This document shows, piece after piece, positions 19,885 through 28,166 of a DNA stretch of 62,019 nucleotides. Source of the stretch: an uncultured virus (IMG/VR IMGVR_UViG_3300009285_001861) (lineage: Duplodnaviria; Heunggongvirae; Uroviricota; Caudoviricetes); IMG/VR virus record IMGVR_UViG_3300009285_001861; one strand, written 5' to 3'. Positions within the stretch are counted from its first letter, which is position 1, and each line of letters begins with the position of its first letter. The position numbers and the translations under genes are program-made. The notes beneath the pieces are model-generated. The model was not told where the DNA came from. It saw only the letters and a list, made by a program, of their open reading frames with translations, and did no database searches.

Positions 19885-20844
19885 CCCACCGTCCAAGGCA
19901 TCCATTTCGCGCTGGAGCACCGCCCGACGAATCTTCTTGGCGAGTTCCTCTGGGGAGATACCGGAATCCCTGACGTACATCTCCCTCAGCACCGCACGTT
20001 CGGCATGGGCTTCAGCCAGCTCGGACGTATGGGCAGCCACCTTGGCCTCCAGAATGCGCTGCCGATGCTGGTACTCCACCAGGGACTTCAATCCCTTCGC
20101 CAGCTTGGCCTCCAACTTGACGACCTGAAGGTCCTGCCCCTCAGCCACCCGAACCTTGGTTCCTGCCTTGACCGGTTCAGCCACCAGTGGCACTGCCTGG
20201 GTAGGGGTGGACTTCCGGGCCTCACGAACCCGAACCAGTGGGGCCTTGTAATCCCTGGCTGGCAACAGGATTTCCCCACTGGCAACCCGAAAGCCCAGCC
20301 CGGTCAGTGCCCAAATCTTGCCGTTGCTGACCAGTACCATCCGCTGGCGAAGCTCGAAAGCCGAGTTGGTGAGGGCCTGCTTGGCCCGCTTCTTCTCTTC
20401 CCCTTCCAAGGTGCCCCCCAAGGCCAGGACCATTGCCTCCACGACTTCCGCCGCGGGGGCCTTGCCCCCATGGGCCAGAAGGTACTTGAGAATCGGGCTC
20501 TTAGCCGTTGTCATCGTAATCAGTGCCATGTTGATCGCCTCGTTGATGCTGGGAACTGCCTTGGGTGGTTCAATCTGCCCATTCCATGGATGGGCATCTA
20601 CCTTGTTGCAATCGGTGAGGATTTCGTGGGTCCGACCAGTCAGGTCGTGCTTCCAGGTGCACATGCGGGGAGATGACTCTCCCGACTGGCTACTGCTGCG
20701 AATCCACTTGAGAATGTACACCCCATCCTGATACTTGAGGGCCAGAGCTTCATCGAGAAAAGACAGGTAGAACCGCTTGCCATGGCTCCCCGGCTGGAGG
20801 AGGGTGCGATTCAGGTCGTGCTGCCGAGTCATCATCTTCTCCAC
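19882..20844 (-). CDS. Protein with Mrr N-terminal-like winged helix and C-terminal coiled coil
   Basis: PILKYLLAHGGKAPAAEVVEAM...L...GKIWALTGLG. Confidence 0.6.
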   Translation of the reverse strand: MEKMMTRQHDLNRTLLQPGSHGKRFYLSFLDEALALKYQDGVYILKWIRSSSQSGESSPRMCTWKHDLTGRTHEILTDCNKVDAHPWNGQIEPPKAVPSINEAINMALITMTTAKSPILKYLLAHGGKAPAAEVVEAMVLALGGTLEGEEKKRAKQALTNSAFELRQRMVLVSNGKIWALTGLGFRVASGEILLPARDYKAPLVRVREARKSTPTQAVPLVAEPVKAGTKVRVAEGQDLQVVKLEAKLAKGLKSLVEYQHRQRILEAKVAAHTSELAEAHAERAVLREMYVRDSGISPEELAKKIRRAVLQREMDALDGG

Positions 20845-21101
20845 CAGTGAAAGAGGTACCCACCATTGTTGGCTGCGCTGCTATCCTCACTATTAGACCC
20901 CATGGCCCCCATGGCAGGCATCCGGCGGCAACCATGGGCATGGTTCCAATTCCATGAGCCCCTCATCTTGGGCTCTGGCTTCATGGTGGTCACCACCTTG
21001 ACTACCCCTGTTTTCGCGGACTTGTGGCCCATGACCCCGCAGGCACACTCGTAAGCGGCCATTTCTCTCGCTGGAGTCCAAGTATGCTCGTGTTCGCTCA
21101 T
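20832..21101 (-). CDS. Small hypothetical Zn-binding protein
   Basis: HEHTW...YECACG; similar start to 53866..54087; first gene after promoter copy 5. Confidence 0.55.
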   Translation of the reverse strand: MSEHEHTWTPAREMAAYECACGVMGHKSAKTGVVKVVTTMKPEPKMRGSWNWNHAHGCRRMPAMGAMGSNSEDSSAANNGGYLFHWWRR

Positions 21102-21118
21102 GTTTGGCTACCTCACAA

Positions 21119-21155
21119 CCCTATCGGCACGGGCGGCCAAATTTTTAGCGAATTC
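21119..21155 (-). promoter_or_regulatory. Sigma28-like phage promoter, copy 5
   Basis: GAATTCGC-TAAA-N15-GCCGATAG-GG. Confidence 0.8.
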
Positions 21156-21160
21156 GACTG

Positions 21161-21442
21161 CTACCCCTCGAAATAGGCATCCAGTGCCTTGTTGAGCACA
21201 TGATCCAGTGCCTCGGGCACCGGGATCGAGAACCCAAGAATCTGAAGGGTCCCATCCGATCGCCGTGCATACGTGCCAGGAGCCTCACCACGACGGGGGG
21301 CACGGATCTCCACGTCCCACCCCATTTCATCAAGCACCTGCGTCACCCCACTGGCGATGTGCACATCCGTCAGAATGGTCCCATTATCTGCATCAGTTAC
21401 GATCACATAACAATCGGTGGAATCGTAGACGCCGTTGATCAT
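21161..21442 (-). CDS. Hypothetical protein
   Basis: GAGGGG RBS, ATG. Confidence 0.55.
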   Translation of the reverse strand: MINGVYDSTDCYVIVTDADNGTILTDVHIASGVTQVLDEMGWDVEIRAPRRGEAPGTYARRSDGTLQILGFSIPVPEALDHVLNKALDAYFEG

Positions 21443-21453
21443 TTGTAGCCCCC

Positions 21454-21765
21454 TCAGTGGCTGTGGTGCTTGGCCCTAGCTTCGCTTTGGCGGCGAAGCG
21501 CCTGAACGGCATTTCGCCGCCGGTAGCAGGTGATCAGGATTCCCTTGCTCACCACCAGAACCCAATCACGGGCCCCGACAACCATCGGATCCCCCTGGAT
21601 TTCTGGCGGAAGCTCCCGCTCAACAAGTGCCATGTGGGTGGCCCCATGGGCACCACGGAACTCCTGCCCATACCAGAAGATCAGATCTCGAATCTCTTCC
21701 TTCAAGCCTCGCTGCTGCTGGCGGATATTGGAATGCTGGGTCAGTTGGTAGGTGTCCCGGTCCAT
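21454..21765 (-). CDS. DUF4258-like (RelE-fold-like) protein
   Basis: LTQHSNIRQQQRGL...YG...VLVVSKGILITCY; first gene after promoter copy 6. Confidence 0.65.
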   Translation of the reverse strand: MDRDTYQLTQHSNIRQQQRGLKEEIRDLIFWYGQEFRGAHGATHMALVERELPPEIQGDPMVVGARDWVLVVSKGILITCYRRRNAVQALRRQSEARAKHHSH

Positions 21766-21797
21766 GATGCTGCCTCCTGGTGTTGATAGCTTACACT

Positions 21798-21834
21798 CCC
21801 TATCGGTACGGCGGAGACAAGTTTTAGTGAATTC
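21798..21834 (-). promoter_or_regulatory. Sigma28-like phage promoter, copy 6
   Basis: GAATTCAC-TAAA-N15-ACCGATAG-GG. Confidence 0.8.
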
Positions 21835-21860
21835 ACCTAAGTGGTTGGAATTCCGATGGA

Positions 21861-24800
21861 TTATGACCCAAGCAAATCCAAGACACCCCCCAAGCTGGCC
21901 TTGGGGGATGAAAATCCAGACACGGGCCGGACTCTTGCTGCCCGTTCCGAGAGCAGGTCGTACAGGTGCTTCCCAACGGAGATTCCCGTGTAGGCGGAAC
22001 CTTCTGATGCGCCCGCAGCCGCCAGAGCACCCTCAGGATCCAAACCATCCACGGACATGCTCACAGCAACTTTGGTCATCAGTAGTTCGTGCATCCCTAC
22101 CTGGGTGTCAACCTCGTAAAGAGGGAAGTAGATACGGGTCTCTTTGGTCTGGCCAATCCGATCTACTCTGCCAATTGCCTGCCTCGCCACTATGGCGGCG
22201 CAGTTGGGGCCCTCGAAGAATACCTCCGTGGCGAACCAAACAAGGTTATTGAGACCAGTCATGATTGCCACTGGATTGGTGAGCATGACCCGGCGACCCT
22301 TCCCCACAACCTCCTTGTTGATCCACGCCTCACGCTTGGCCGTCCCAACCTTGGCCGGATTCAGCACTACGACCTTCTCACCGATCCTGGCCTCAATGAG
22401 CCGGGCCAGCCGGGGGAGAAGACTCACATGCCACGAGAAGACCATCACGTTGCGACCCTCAGCCAACTCGGCTTCGACCTTGTTCAACATCCACTCTTCT
22501 TTGGGGAGTAGGGTAGTGCTGGAGAAGGGTTCGGCTCGATGAACCAGGGACCCACCCACAGACTCGGGGTACCTGATCTCAAAGGCCCCGTCATCACAGT
22601 TACCTACATCGTCCGTGCATCGGTCCAAATGCGAGGGTGCCTCACTCAGCTGGCCAAATAGCTTGCCCGAGAGAACCTCATCAAAGCGGTCTGCCTTGAT
22701 CGCAGCCAGCAAGTCGGCCAACATGCTTTCATGCCGTGCCAACTGCTCACTGGTGGGCTGGATCTTCTCGACAATCTCACGGCATACAGGGAGGTTGAGG
22801 GCCAAGTCAGTCTTGTGGAGAGTCACCGCAATGGGCAACAGGTGCTTCAAAATGAGTAGGGGCAGGACCCCGGGCGCATGACCCACGTCCCGCCCACGTT
22901 CCTCAATACGGTCCGTCACTGCCCCATAAGCTACAGGCTTACCCGTATCCATGTCCTTCTGTTCAAGAATCCGCTTCTTGTAGCCATACCGATCCGTGAA
23001 CAGAGTCCTTTGATCCCGGGCAAACTCCTCTCGAAAGGCGGGAGAACTCTCCCACAGGGTGTTGAAGAGTGACTCGGCATAGCCGTTCATCACTGAGCCA
23101 GTCAACCGAAGCGTGGGAAGGCCAAGGGAGGCTAAGGCACTGGAAGCAAAGTATTGGGCTGACCCGGCTGAGGAAAAATCCTGATTCTCGTCGATGAACA
23201 ACATATCGAACAGTTTCGGGTACTTCTTGGCGATGTGCTTGGCCAGCGGGACCCTCCGCGGTTCCGGAATAGCCTGGAAAAGTACCTCTCCACACACTTC
23301 CGACGTTGCCCATGAGGCAGCTGGGGACAGCTGGCTGATCGCGTCCAGGAAAGACCTGGAGTCCCCAACCGACCGGTCACGGAGCATAACCCCACTCTCA
23401 CTGAACGCCATGCCGTGGTAAGAATACCAGTTAAGGTATTCAGTTTTGTTGCACAAGGCATCCTGAATGATGGCCCACTCCTTCCAGGGGTCTTGTGGGC
23501 GCCCGTAGGAATACGTGGAGGACTCCTGCTCTTCGAGCTTGACCGCCTTGAACTCACTAACCATTTCCAACAACTTGGCCGAACCGGGAGCCATGAGCAA
23601 CAGGAGCCCGCGGGCCGCAGTACGAACTGCCTCCCCACATTGCCTTTGTTGTGATGTGGAGTCTTCCTCAGGAGAAGTGGATTGAAACGTGTACAGGTAC
23701 AGGGCCACCTGGGCAATCAGGTCCTGGTCATTGAGCCCCGCCAGCAGAAGCTGCAACGCCTGAAGGTGCTTGTTGTCCTGGTTACCATACTGATTCCGGG
23801 CCGACTTACAGAACATCCCCGCAAGGCTCCAAATTGCCCCCGTAAGGCGGGGGCTAGACCGCAGGTCCATCTCTGCCTTGGTCTCCATCGCCCCCGTCCT
23901 GGGAAGGGCTTCCCAGGCCTGGATGACTTTGCGCATGTGTCGGGTCATCGCCAGGGCGTTGGTGCGGGAGTCCCCGGGGAAGCGAGCCATCAACAGGCGC
24001 CCAAGGTCCAGCATAATCTGGGCTTCCTCGTTGAGGGGCATCCGGTGGGTTGCTTCACAGCGAGACCGCTTCTTGGCCAAGTCTTCTTCGGGAAGCTCGG
24101 ACCCACACTTGGGGCACCACCCGGTGACTCCCTCGATGGCATGCCCGAGCTTGGCCGTCTCACGGGACAGGATGGCAATGGCCACCGGAGTAGATGCATC
24201 GGCCGAGAACGCCTCGATGGAGGGGATGTCCTTGAGCACCGTTGCCTTGGCCCATGGGGTCACAGCAGCAATTTGGGTCTGCCAGCTATCAAGCAGGTGC
24301 GGGGGGCACAGAATCAGGATGCGCTTGGCCCCAATCGAATGAGCCGTGGCGAGAGAAATCGTACTTTTTCCCGACCCAAGCTCGCCCAGTACCAGGGCTG
24401 TCTTACCGATGCGCCCACGCTTCTTGGCCTTCAAGCCTCCCAGGAGCTTGATTGCACTCATTACGCAATGGGCCTGTGCTGGGAACAGGAGCCGTGGGAT
24501 TACCCGTGTGGCAGTTGGGTCCAGGGGGGTTACCTCCCCCATGATCGTGAAAGGAAGGGCCATCCTGTGGTCGGGATTGGACGGGTCATGCTGGACCGGG
24601 CAGTGATCCAGTAGGGTGTCCAGGAGACTCCGGCTGTAATGGGCGAGCAAGTCACCTGTGGTAAACTCAGAGATCTCCGTGGCCTTGGAGGTAGCCGCTT
24701 CCATCTTCATGGTGTGGTAGCAGCACTGGTTCAAGTCCAGGACCGACACAACCAGTTTGGGTTGCTGGATTTGGACCAGCCCCGTGACTTCCCCGTCCTT

Positions 24801-25832
24801 GTTGGTCTTCTCGTCAACCGTACGGAATTCCTTATCAAACACGCCCTTCACAAGAAGCGGGGGGAGCTTCGAGGCAGGGTCATTAGGGACAATTCGGGCC
24901 CCGTTGAAGACACCCGCCGCGATCCCGGCGGCAATGTGGGCGGGCCTCGGTGGCATAGCAGTTGGGTACGTTCTGGCAATTAACTCCCCGACTTCAGGGA
25001 TGACCCCGTAGATAGGGAACTGTTTGCCGGACCGGTCGGACATCGTCCAGGGCTTAAGTTCGGCCATCATGGTAGCCGTGTCGACGGGGCGCATTTCCCA
25101 GGTCGTGAAGGCATCCCTAGAATAGTTGACGGTATCGTCGGGCAGGGTCCAGAGGGGACGGGGGTTGTCCGTCAAAACAGGGATGGAATCTGCATCATTG
25201 GCCCAACCAAGGACTTGGTCTCGTAGACCCGCATCCGGGGTCATCTGTGTGGGACCCTTGCGACCCACGAGCACTACTTGTTTGTAGGCATCCCAATCCG
25301 GTTCCGGGAATCGGAAGCAGTACAGTCTGGAATATTCTTGGGCAAGCAGGTCTGCGGATGCCTTCAGGGCGTAGAAGGGGACCACGAAGAACAGTGCCCC
25401 ATCCTCCATTAGGGTTCCCGTGAACCGTGAGAGAAACCGGTGCTCTAGCCGCTTGAACTGGTGGTCGGTATCGTAAGGAGGATTTGCGAACAGAACCTGG
25501 ATCCCCCGGCTGATTTTGTAGGCGACACGGAAGGCGTCCCCCTGGAGGGGATGACTCCGCCACCCGGCCCGCTCCCTCACGTTAGTTGTGAGGGCCTCGA
25601 ACCGCCTCCGCTCCATTTCAACGGTGTGAACGTGGGAATTCCCATGCTTCCCGGGCATCATGGCTTCCATGAGGGCCAAGACCGCATCCCCCTCACCAGC
25701 ACACGGGTCCAGGAATTCCACCACACCCTTCATGGGCGAGCGAGGAGCAGCCACCAATTTGGCTATGTGTGGGACAAGGTGGGGGGGTGTAGGCCAGAAA
25801 CCGCCTACGGCTACGGAGGCTATGCGTGCCAT
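21861..25832 (-). CDS. N6-adenine MTase (DUF6094-like) / SNF2-like SF2 helicase fusion
   Basis: GFWPTP, LDPCAGEG, NPPY; GELGSGKS, IDENQD, LTGS, QAIGRVDRIGQ. Confidence 0.9.
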   Translation of the reverse strand: MARIASVAVGGFWPTPPHLVPHIAKLVAAPRSPMKGVVEFLDPCAGEGDAVLALMEAMMPGKHGNSHVHTVEMERRRFEALTTNVRERAGWRSHPLQGDAFRVAYKISRGIQVLFANPPYDTDHQFKRLEHRFLSRFTGTLMEDGALFFVVPFYALKASADLLAQEYSRLYCFRFPEPDWDAYKQVVLVGRKGPTQMTPDAGLRDQVLGWANDADSIPVLTDNPRPLWTLPDDTVNYSRDAFTTWEMRPVDTATMMAELKPWTMSDRSGKQFPIYGVIPEVGELIARTYPTAMPPRPAHIAAGIAAGVFNGARIVPNDPASKLPPLLVKGVFDKEFRTVDEKTNKDGEVTGLVQIQQPKLVVSVLDLNQCCYHTMKMEAATSKATEISEFTTGDLLAHYSRSLLDTLLDHCPVQHDPSNPDHRMALPFTIMGEVTPLDPTATRVIPRLLFPAQAHCVMSAIKLLGGLKAKKRGRIGKTALVLGELGSGKSTISLATAHSIGAKRILILCPPHLLDSWQTQIAAVTPWAKATVLKDIPSIEAFSADASTPVAIAILSRETAKLGHAIEGVTGWCPKCGSELPEEDLAKKRSRCEATHRMPLNEEAQIMLDLGRLLMARFPGDSRTNALAMTRHMRKVIQAWEALPRTGAMETKAEMDLRSSPRLTGAIWSLAGMFCKSARNQYGNQDNKHLQALQLLLAGLNDQDLIAQVALYLYTFQSTSPEEDSTSQQRQCGEAVRTAARGLLLLMAPGSAKLLEMVSEFKAVKLEEQESSTYSYGRPQDPWKEWAIIQDALCNKTEYLNWYSYHGMAFSESGVMLRDRSVGDSRSFLDAISQLSPAASWATSEVCGEVLFQAIPEPRRVPLAKHIAKKYPKLFDMLFIDENQDFSSAGSAQYFASSALASLGLPTLRLTGSVMNGYAESLFNTLWESSPAFREEFARDQRTLFTDRYGYKKRILEQKDMDTGKPVAYGAVTDRIEERGRDVGHAPGVLPLLILKHLLPIAVTLHKTDLALNLPVCREIVEKIQPTSEQLARHESMLADLLAAIKADRFDEVLSGKLFGQLSEAPSHLDRCTDDVGNCDDGAFEIRYPESVGGSLVHRAEPFSSTTLLPKEEWMLNKVEAELAEGRNVMVFSWHVSLLPRLARLIEARIGEKVVVLNPAKVGTAKREAWINKEVVGKGRRVMLTNPVAIMTGLNNLVWFATEVFFEGPNCAAIVARQAIGRVDRIGQTKETRIYFPLYEVDTQVGMHELLMTKVAVSMSVDGLDPEGALAAAGASEGSAYTGISVGKHLYDLLSERAARVRPVSGFSSPKASLGGVLDLLGS

Positions 25833-26410
25833 TAGGAATTCCCCCAGAGGATTGGTCCCAGGTCAAAATGGTCCCGGTGATCCATCTCAGGGTTGGGTCC
25901 CACAGCTAAGAGGGAGGTTGTAGGATCGAGGGAGACTAGGAGAGTTTGCTCGGCCCAGTTTGGTTGAGTCTGGGGGTCATAGGCCCCAGGGAGCTCTTTG
26001 GTCAGGTCGATCCTACGAACGAAAGCATTGTGTTGCCCAGGGTATGCCGTGAGTGTTACAATGGATCCAGAAACCTCAGCTTTGAGCCATCGGTTCCTAA
26101 TCATAAACTCCACCCACAGGGCCTCGATGCTCTGGCGATCTGCCACAACTTTGGCCTGAAGCTTCTTCCGGTCGGGGCCGGAAATGGGGCCTTCGGCCCA
26201 TTCAAAAGTGCGCTGCCCTTGGGTTTCCAACCACACCTTGGCCCGGCCCCTTCCCCCACGGGATTTTTGGTCCACGGTCTGAAGGTGCATCCTGGGGTCT
26301 TCCCGAGAGAACCATCCCCAGTCATGGTTGACCACGCCACGGAGAACCACAGCCATCGCTGTTTTGTCCCGGAAGCGATCAACGACATTCTTGACGATTT
26401 TGCTGGCCAT
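25832..26410 (-). CDS. DUF4160-like / DUF2442-like fusion protein (paralog of 10793..11359)
   Basis: Clear end-to-end similarity to 10793..11359; first gene after promoter copy 7. Confidence 0.6.
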   Translation of the reverse strand: MASKIVKNVVDRFRDKTAMAVVLRGVVNHDWGWFSREDPRMHLQTVDQKSRGGRGRAKVWLETQGQRTFEWAEGPISGPDRKKLQAKVVADRQSIEALWVEFMIRNRWLKAEVSGSIVTLTAYPGQHNAFVRRIDLTKELPGAYDPQTQPNWAEQTLLVSLDPTTSLLAVGPNPEMDHRDHFDLGPILWGNS

Positions 26411-26424
26411 GTCTCTTCCTTACA

Positions 26425-26461
26425 CCTTATCGGTACGAGGAAGCGACTTTTAAGGGAAATC
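26425..26461 (-). promoter_or_regulatory. Sigma28-like phage promoter, copy 7
   Basis: GATTTCCCT-TAAA-N14-ACCGATAA-GG. Confidence 0.7.
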
Positions 26462-26598
26462 GACGGCTACTTGACCGATTACTTGGCGAACATCTTCAGG
26501 AGCTTGACCAGCCCAGCGATCTCTCGCTTGGCTTCGGCCCTGGGTATGGACAGGCTAAGCTGGACAACCAGCTCCATCTTATCCCCTTGGCTCCACAG

Positions 26599-27153
26599 TC
26601 AACGCAGGGGGAGTCCCGTGTTTTCGTTCTTTTCGTTCTTTTCGTTCTTGCCCGTCAGGCTCAGGGGCTTCGAGGTTTCCTGTTCCGACACTGGGTCCTG
26701 GAACGAAACCCAACCGAACTTCTCGGCCAGTTCCTTCGCGGAGGCCCCGCCTGCCAGGATCTCGATGCAAGCAATTACTTGCTGGTAGGTGAGTTCCCAT
26801 GCGTTGGGGAGGGGAGGGTTGGGATGGGCCACGAACACTCGACCAGGGAACCGGGGTTGGTCGGGGAATGCCTCCCGGACCCGTCCCTGGCTCTCAGGAG
26901 CAAACGCGAAGGTGGTCCCATCCATGTTCTTGGACGTGAAAACAACGAGTGGGGGATCCTCAATCAGGATACTAGGGGTGTAGTTCCTGATTGTCCCGTC
27001 AGGCCACTTTACCTTAACGGTGACCGGGTAGTTCCCTCCATCCGTGGACCAGGAGACATTCAACGCCTTCCCGATTTCCTTCTCGAAATCATGGTCACCG
27101 TATCCTGGCTTGAGCCGGACACACATCCCCAGTCTGGCATCTTCGTTCTTCAT
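26599..27153 (-). CDS. Hypothetical protein; 9-bp tandem repeat (KNE x3) near C-terminus
   Basis: ORF from MKNEDARLG; TTCGTTCTT x3 at 26623-26649. Confidence 0.55.
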   Translation of the reverse strand: MKNEDARLGMCVRLKPGYGDHDFEKEIGKALNVSWSTDGGNYPVTVKVKWPDGTIRNYTPSILIEDPPLVVFTSKNMDGTTFAFAPESQGRVREAFPDQPRFPGRVFVAHPNPPLPNAWELTYQQVIACIEILAGGASAKELAEKFGWVSFQDPVSEQETSKPLSLTGKNEKNEKNENTGLPLR

Positions 27154-27223
27154 GTTCGTTCCCCCAACCACTCGTTACGCTTCTGTGCCCTGTTTCCCAG
27201 TGGTAAAGTGCCCATAGGCCCCC

Positions 27224-27970
27224 GTGTTCATGGATGAAAAGAAATGTTCAACGTGTGGGGACGTAAAACCATTGGGGGAGTTTAACGTCAAGACATCTAG
27301 CCACGATGGACATTGTGCCCAATGTAAAGTGTGCCGGAGCACAGCAAGAAAAGCTTCCTACAAAGCCAACCCGGAGAAGGACAAAGCGAGGAGTAATGCC
27401 TACTACAGGAGCAACACCAAGAAGGTCCGGGCTAAGTGGGCAGCCGACTACAAAGCCAACCCTGAAAAGTTCAAAGCTATAAGTGCTGCCAATTACAGGA
27501 CCAACCCCGAAAAGATCCGGGCCAGGGTGGCAGCCTGGGTGGTGGCAAATCCAGAAGTCACAGCAATCGCGCACCAACGCCGTCGGGACCTCGATTCCAA
27601 AAATGATGCTGGTATCTCGGATACGGAGATGCGGGAGACCATTAGGGATGCTAACAACATGGCCCTTGGAATCTGTGCTTATTGCTTCAAGCCCTTTGGT
27701 GAAACCGCCAAGAGTAAGCGAACTGTGGATCATGTCATCCCAAGGACCAAGGGGGGCAGAACGGTTCCAGAGAATGTCGTAATTGCCTGCTTGAGCTGCA
27801 ACTCCAAGAAGGGCAACCGCTCAACCTTCTCAATGCTCAATGTCAAGATGCAGCCGGAACCGCAGAGGGAATTACCCCCAGAAACTCCTGAGCGACCATT
27901 CATCATCATAAATGGACAGTGGCACCTTGCATCTCGCTTACCCGACACGGCCAACATGGTAGCCCCATAG
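27224..27970 (+). CDS. HNH homing-type endonuclease, antisense to its neighbours
   Basis: N-terminal CSTC/CKVC, repeated Y..NPEK helices, CAYC...TVDHVIPRTKGG...NVVIACLSCNSKK. Confidence 0.9.
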   Translation: MFMDEKKCSTCGDVKPLGEFNVKTSSHDGHCAQCKVCRSTARKASYKANPEKDKARSNAYYRSNTKKVRAKWAADYKANPEKFKAISAANYRTNPEKIRARVAAWVVANPEVTAIAHQRRRDLDSKNDAGISDTEMRETIRDANNMALGICAYCFKPFGETAKSKRTVDHVIPRTKGGRTVPENVVIACLSCNSKKGNRSTFSMLNVKMQPEPQRELPPETPERPFIIINGQWHLASRLPDTANMVAP

Positions 27971-28050
27971 GCATAGGCAGCCCTGAGGGCGGATCCCACG
28001 TTGTGTGGGTTCTTGGCCAAGTGAAGGCCGATGGCGGAGTAGCCCCTCAT
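27934..28050 (-). pseudogene. 5' remnant (39 codons) of a SpoU/TrmH-family RNA methyltransferase
   Basis: MRGYSAIGLHLAKNPHNVGSALRAAYAYGA matches SPOUT motif 1 (N.GS..R); similarity stops at the HNH boundary. Confidence 0.75.
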
Positions 28051-28166
28051 CCGTGCAATCGGATCAGGGTAAGTTTGCCCCGTGTACCAAAAGTGAAAAT
28101 GGCAGTCCCCAGCCAGGGCACATTGGCTACCTTCAGGAATGCCTCAAACATCATTCGGTGCGTCAT
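28047..28166 (-). CDS. 39-aa hypothetical peptide
   Basis: MTHRMMFEAFLKVANVPW...; ATGA-coupled at both ends. Confidence 0.45.
   Translation of the reverse strand: MTHRMMFEAFLKVANVPWLGTAIFTFGTRGKLTLIRLHG

Noticed and set aside
26623..26649. 9-bp tandem repeat x3
   Set aside because: In-frame KNE expansion in a disordered tail; no sign of a phase-variation role
27171..27941. CTCGTTAC / CTCGCTTAC as a target-site duplication around the HNH gene
   Set aside because: Imperfect match; joining would fuse the SpoU start to an unrelated ORF rather than restore SpoU
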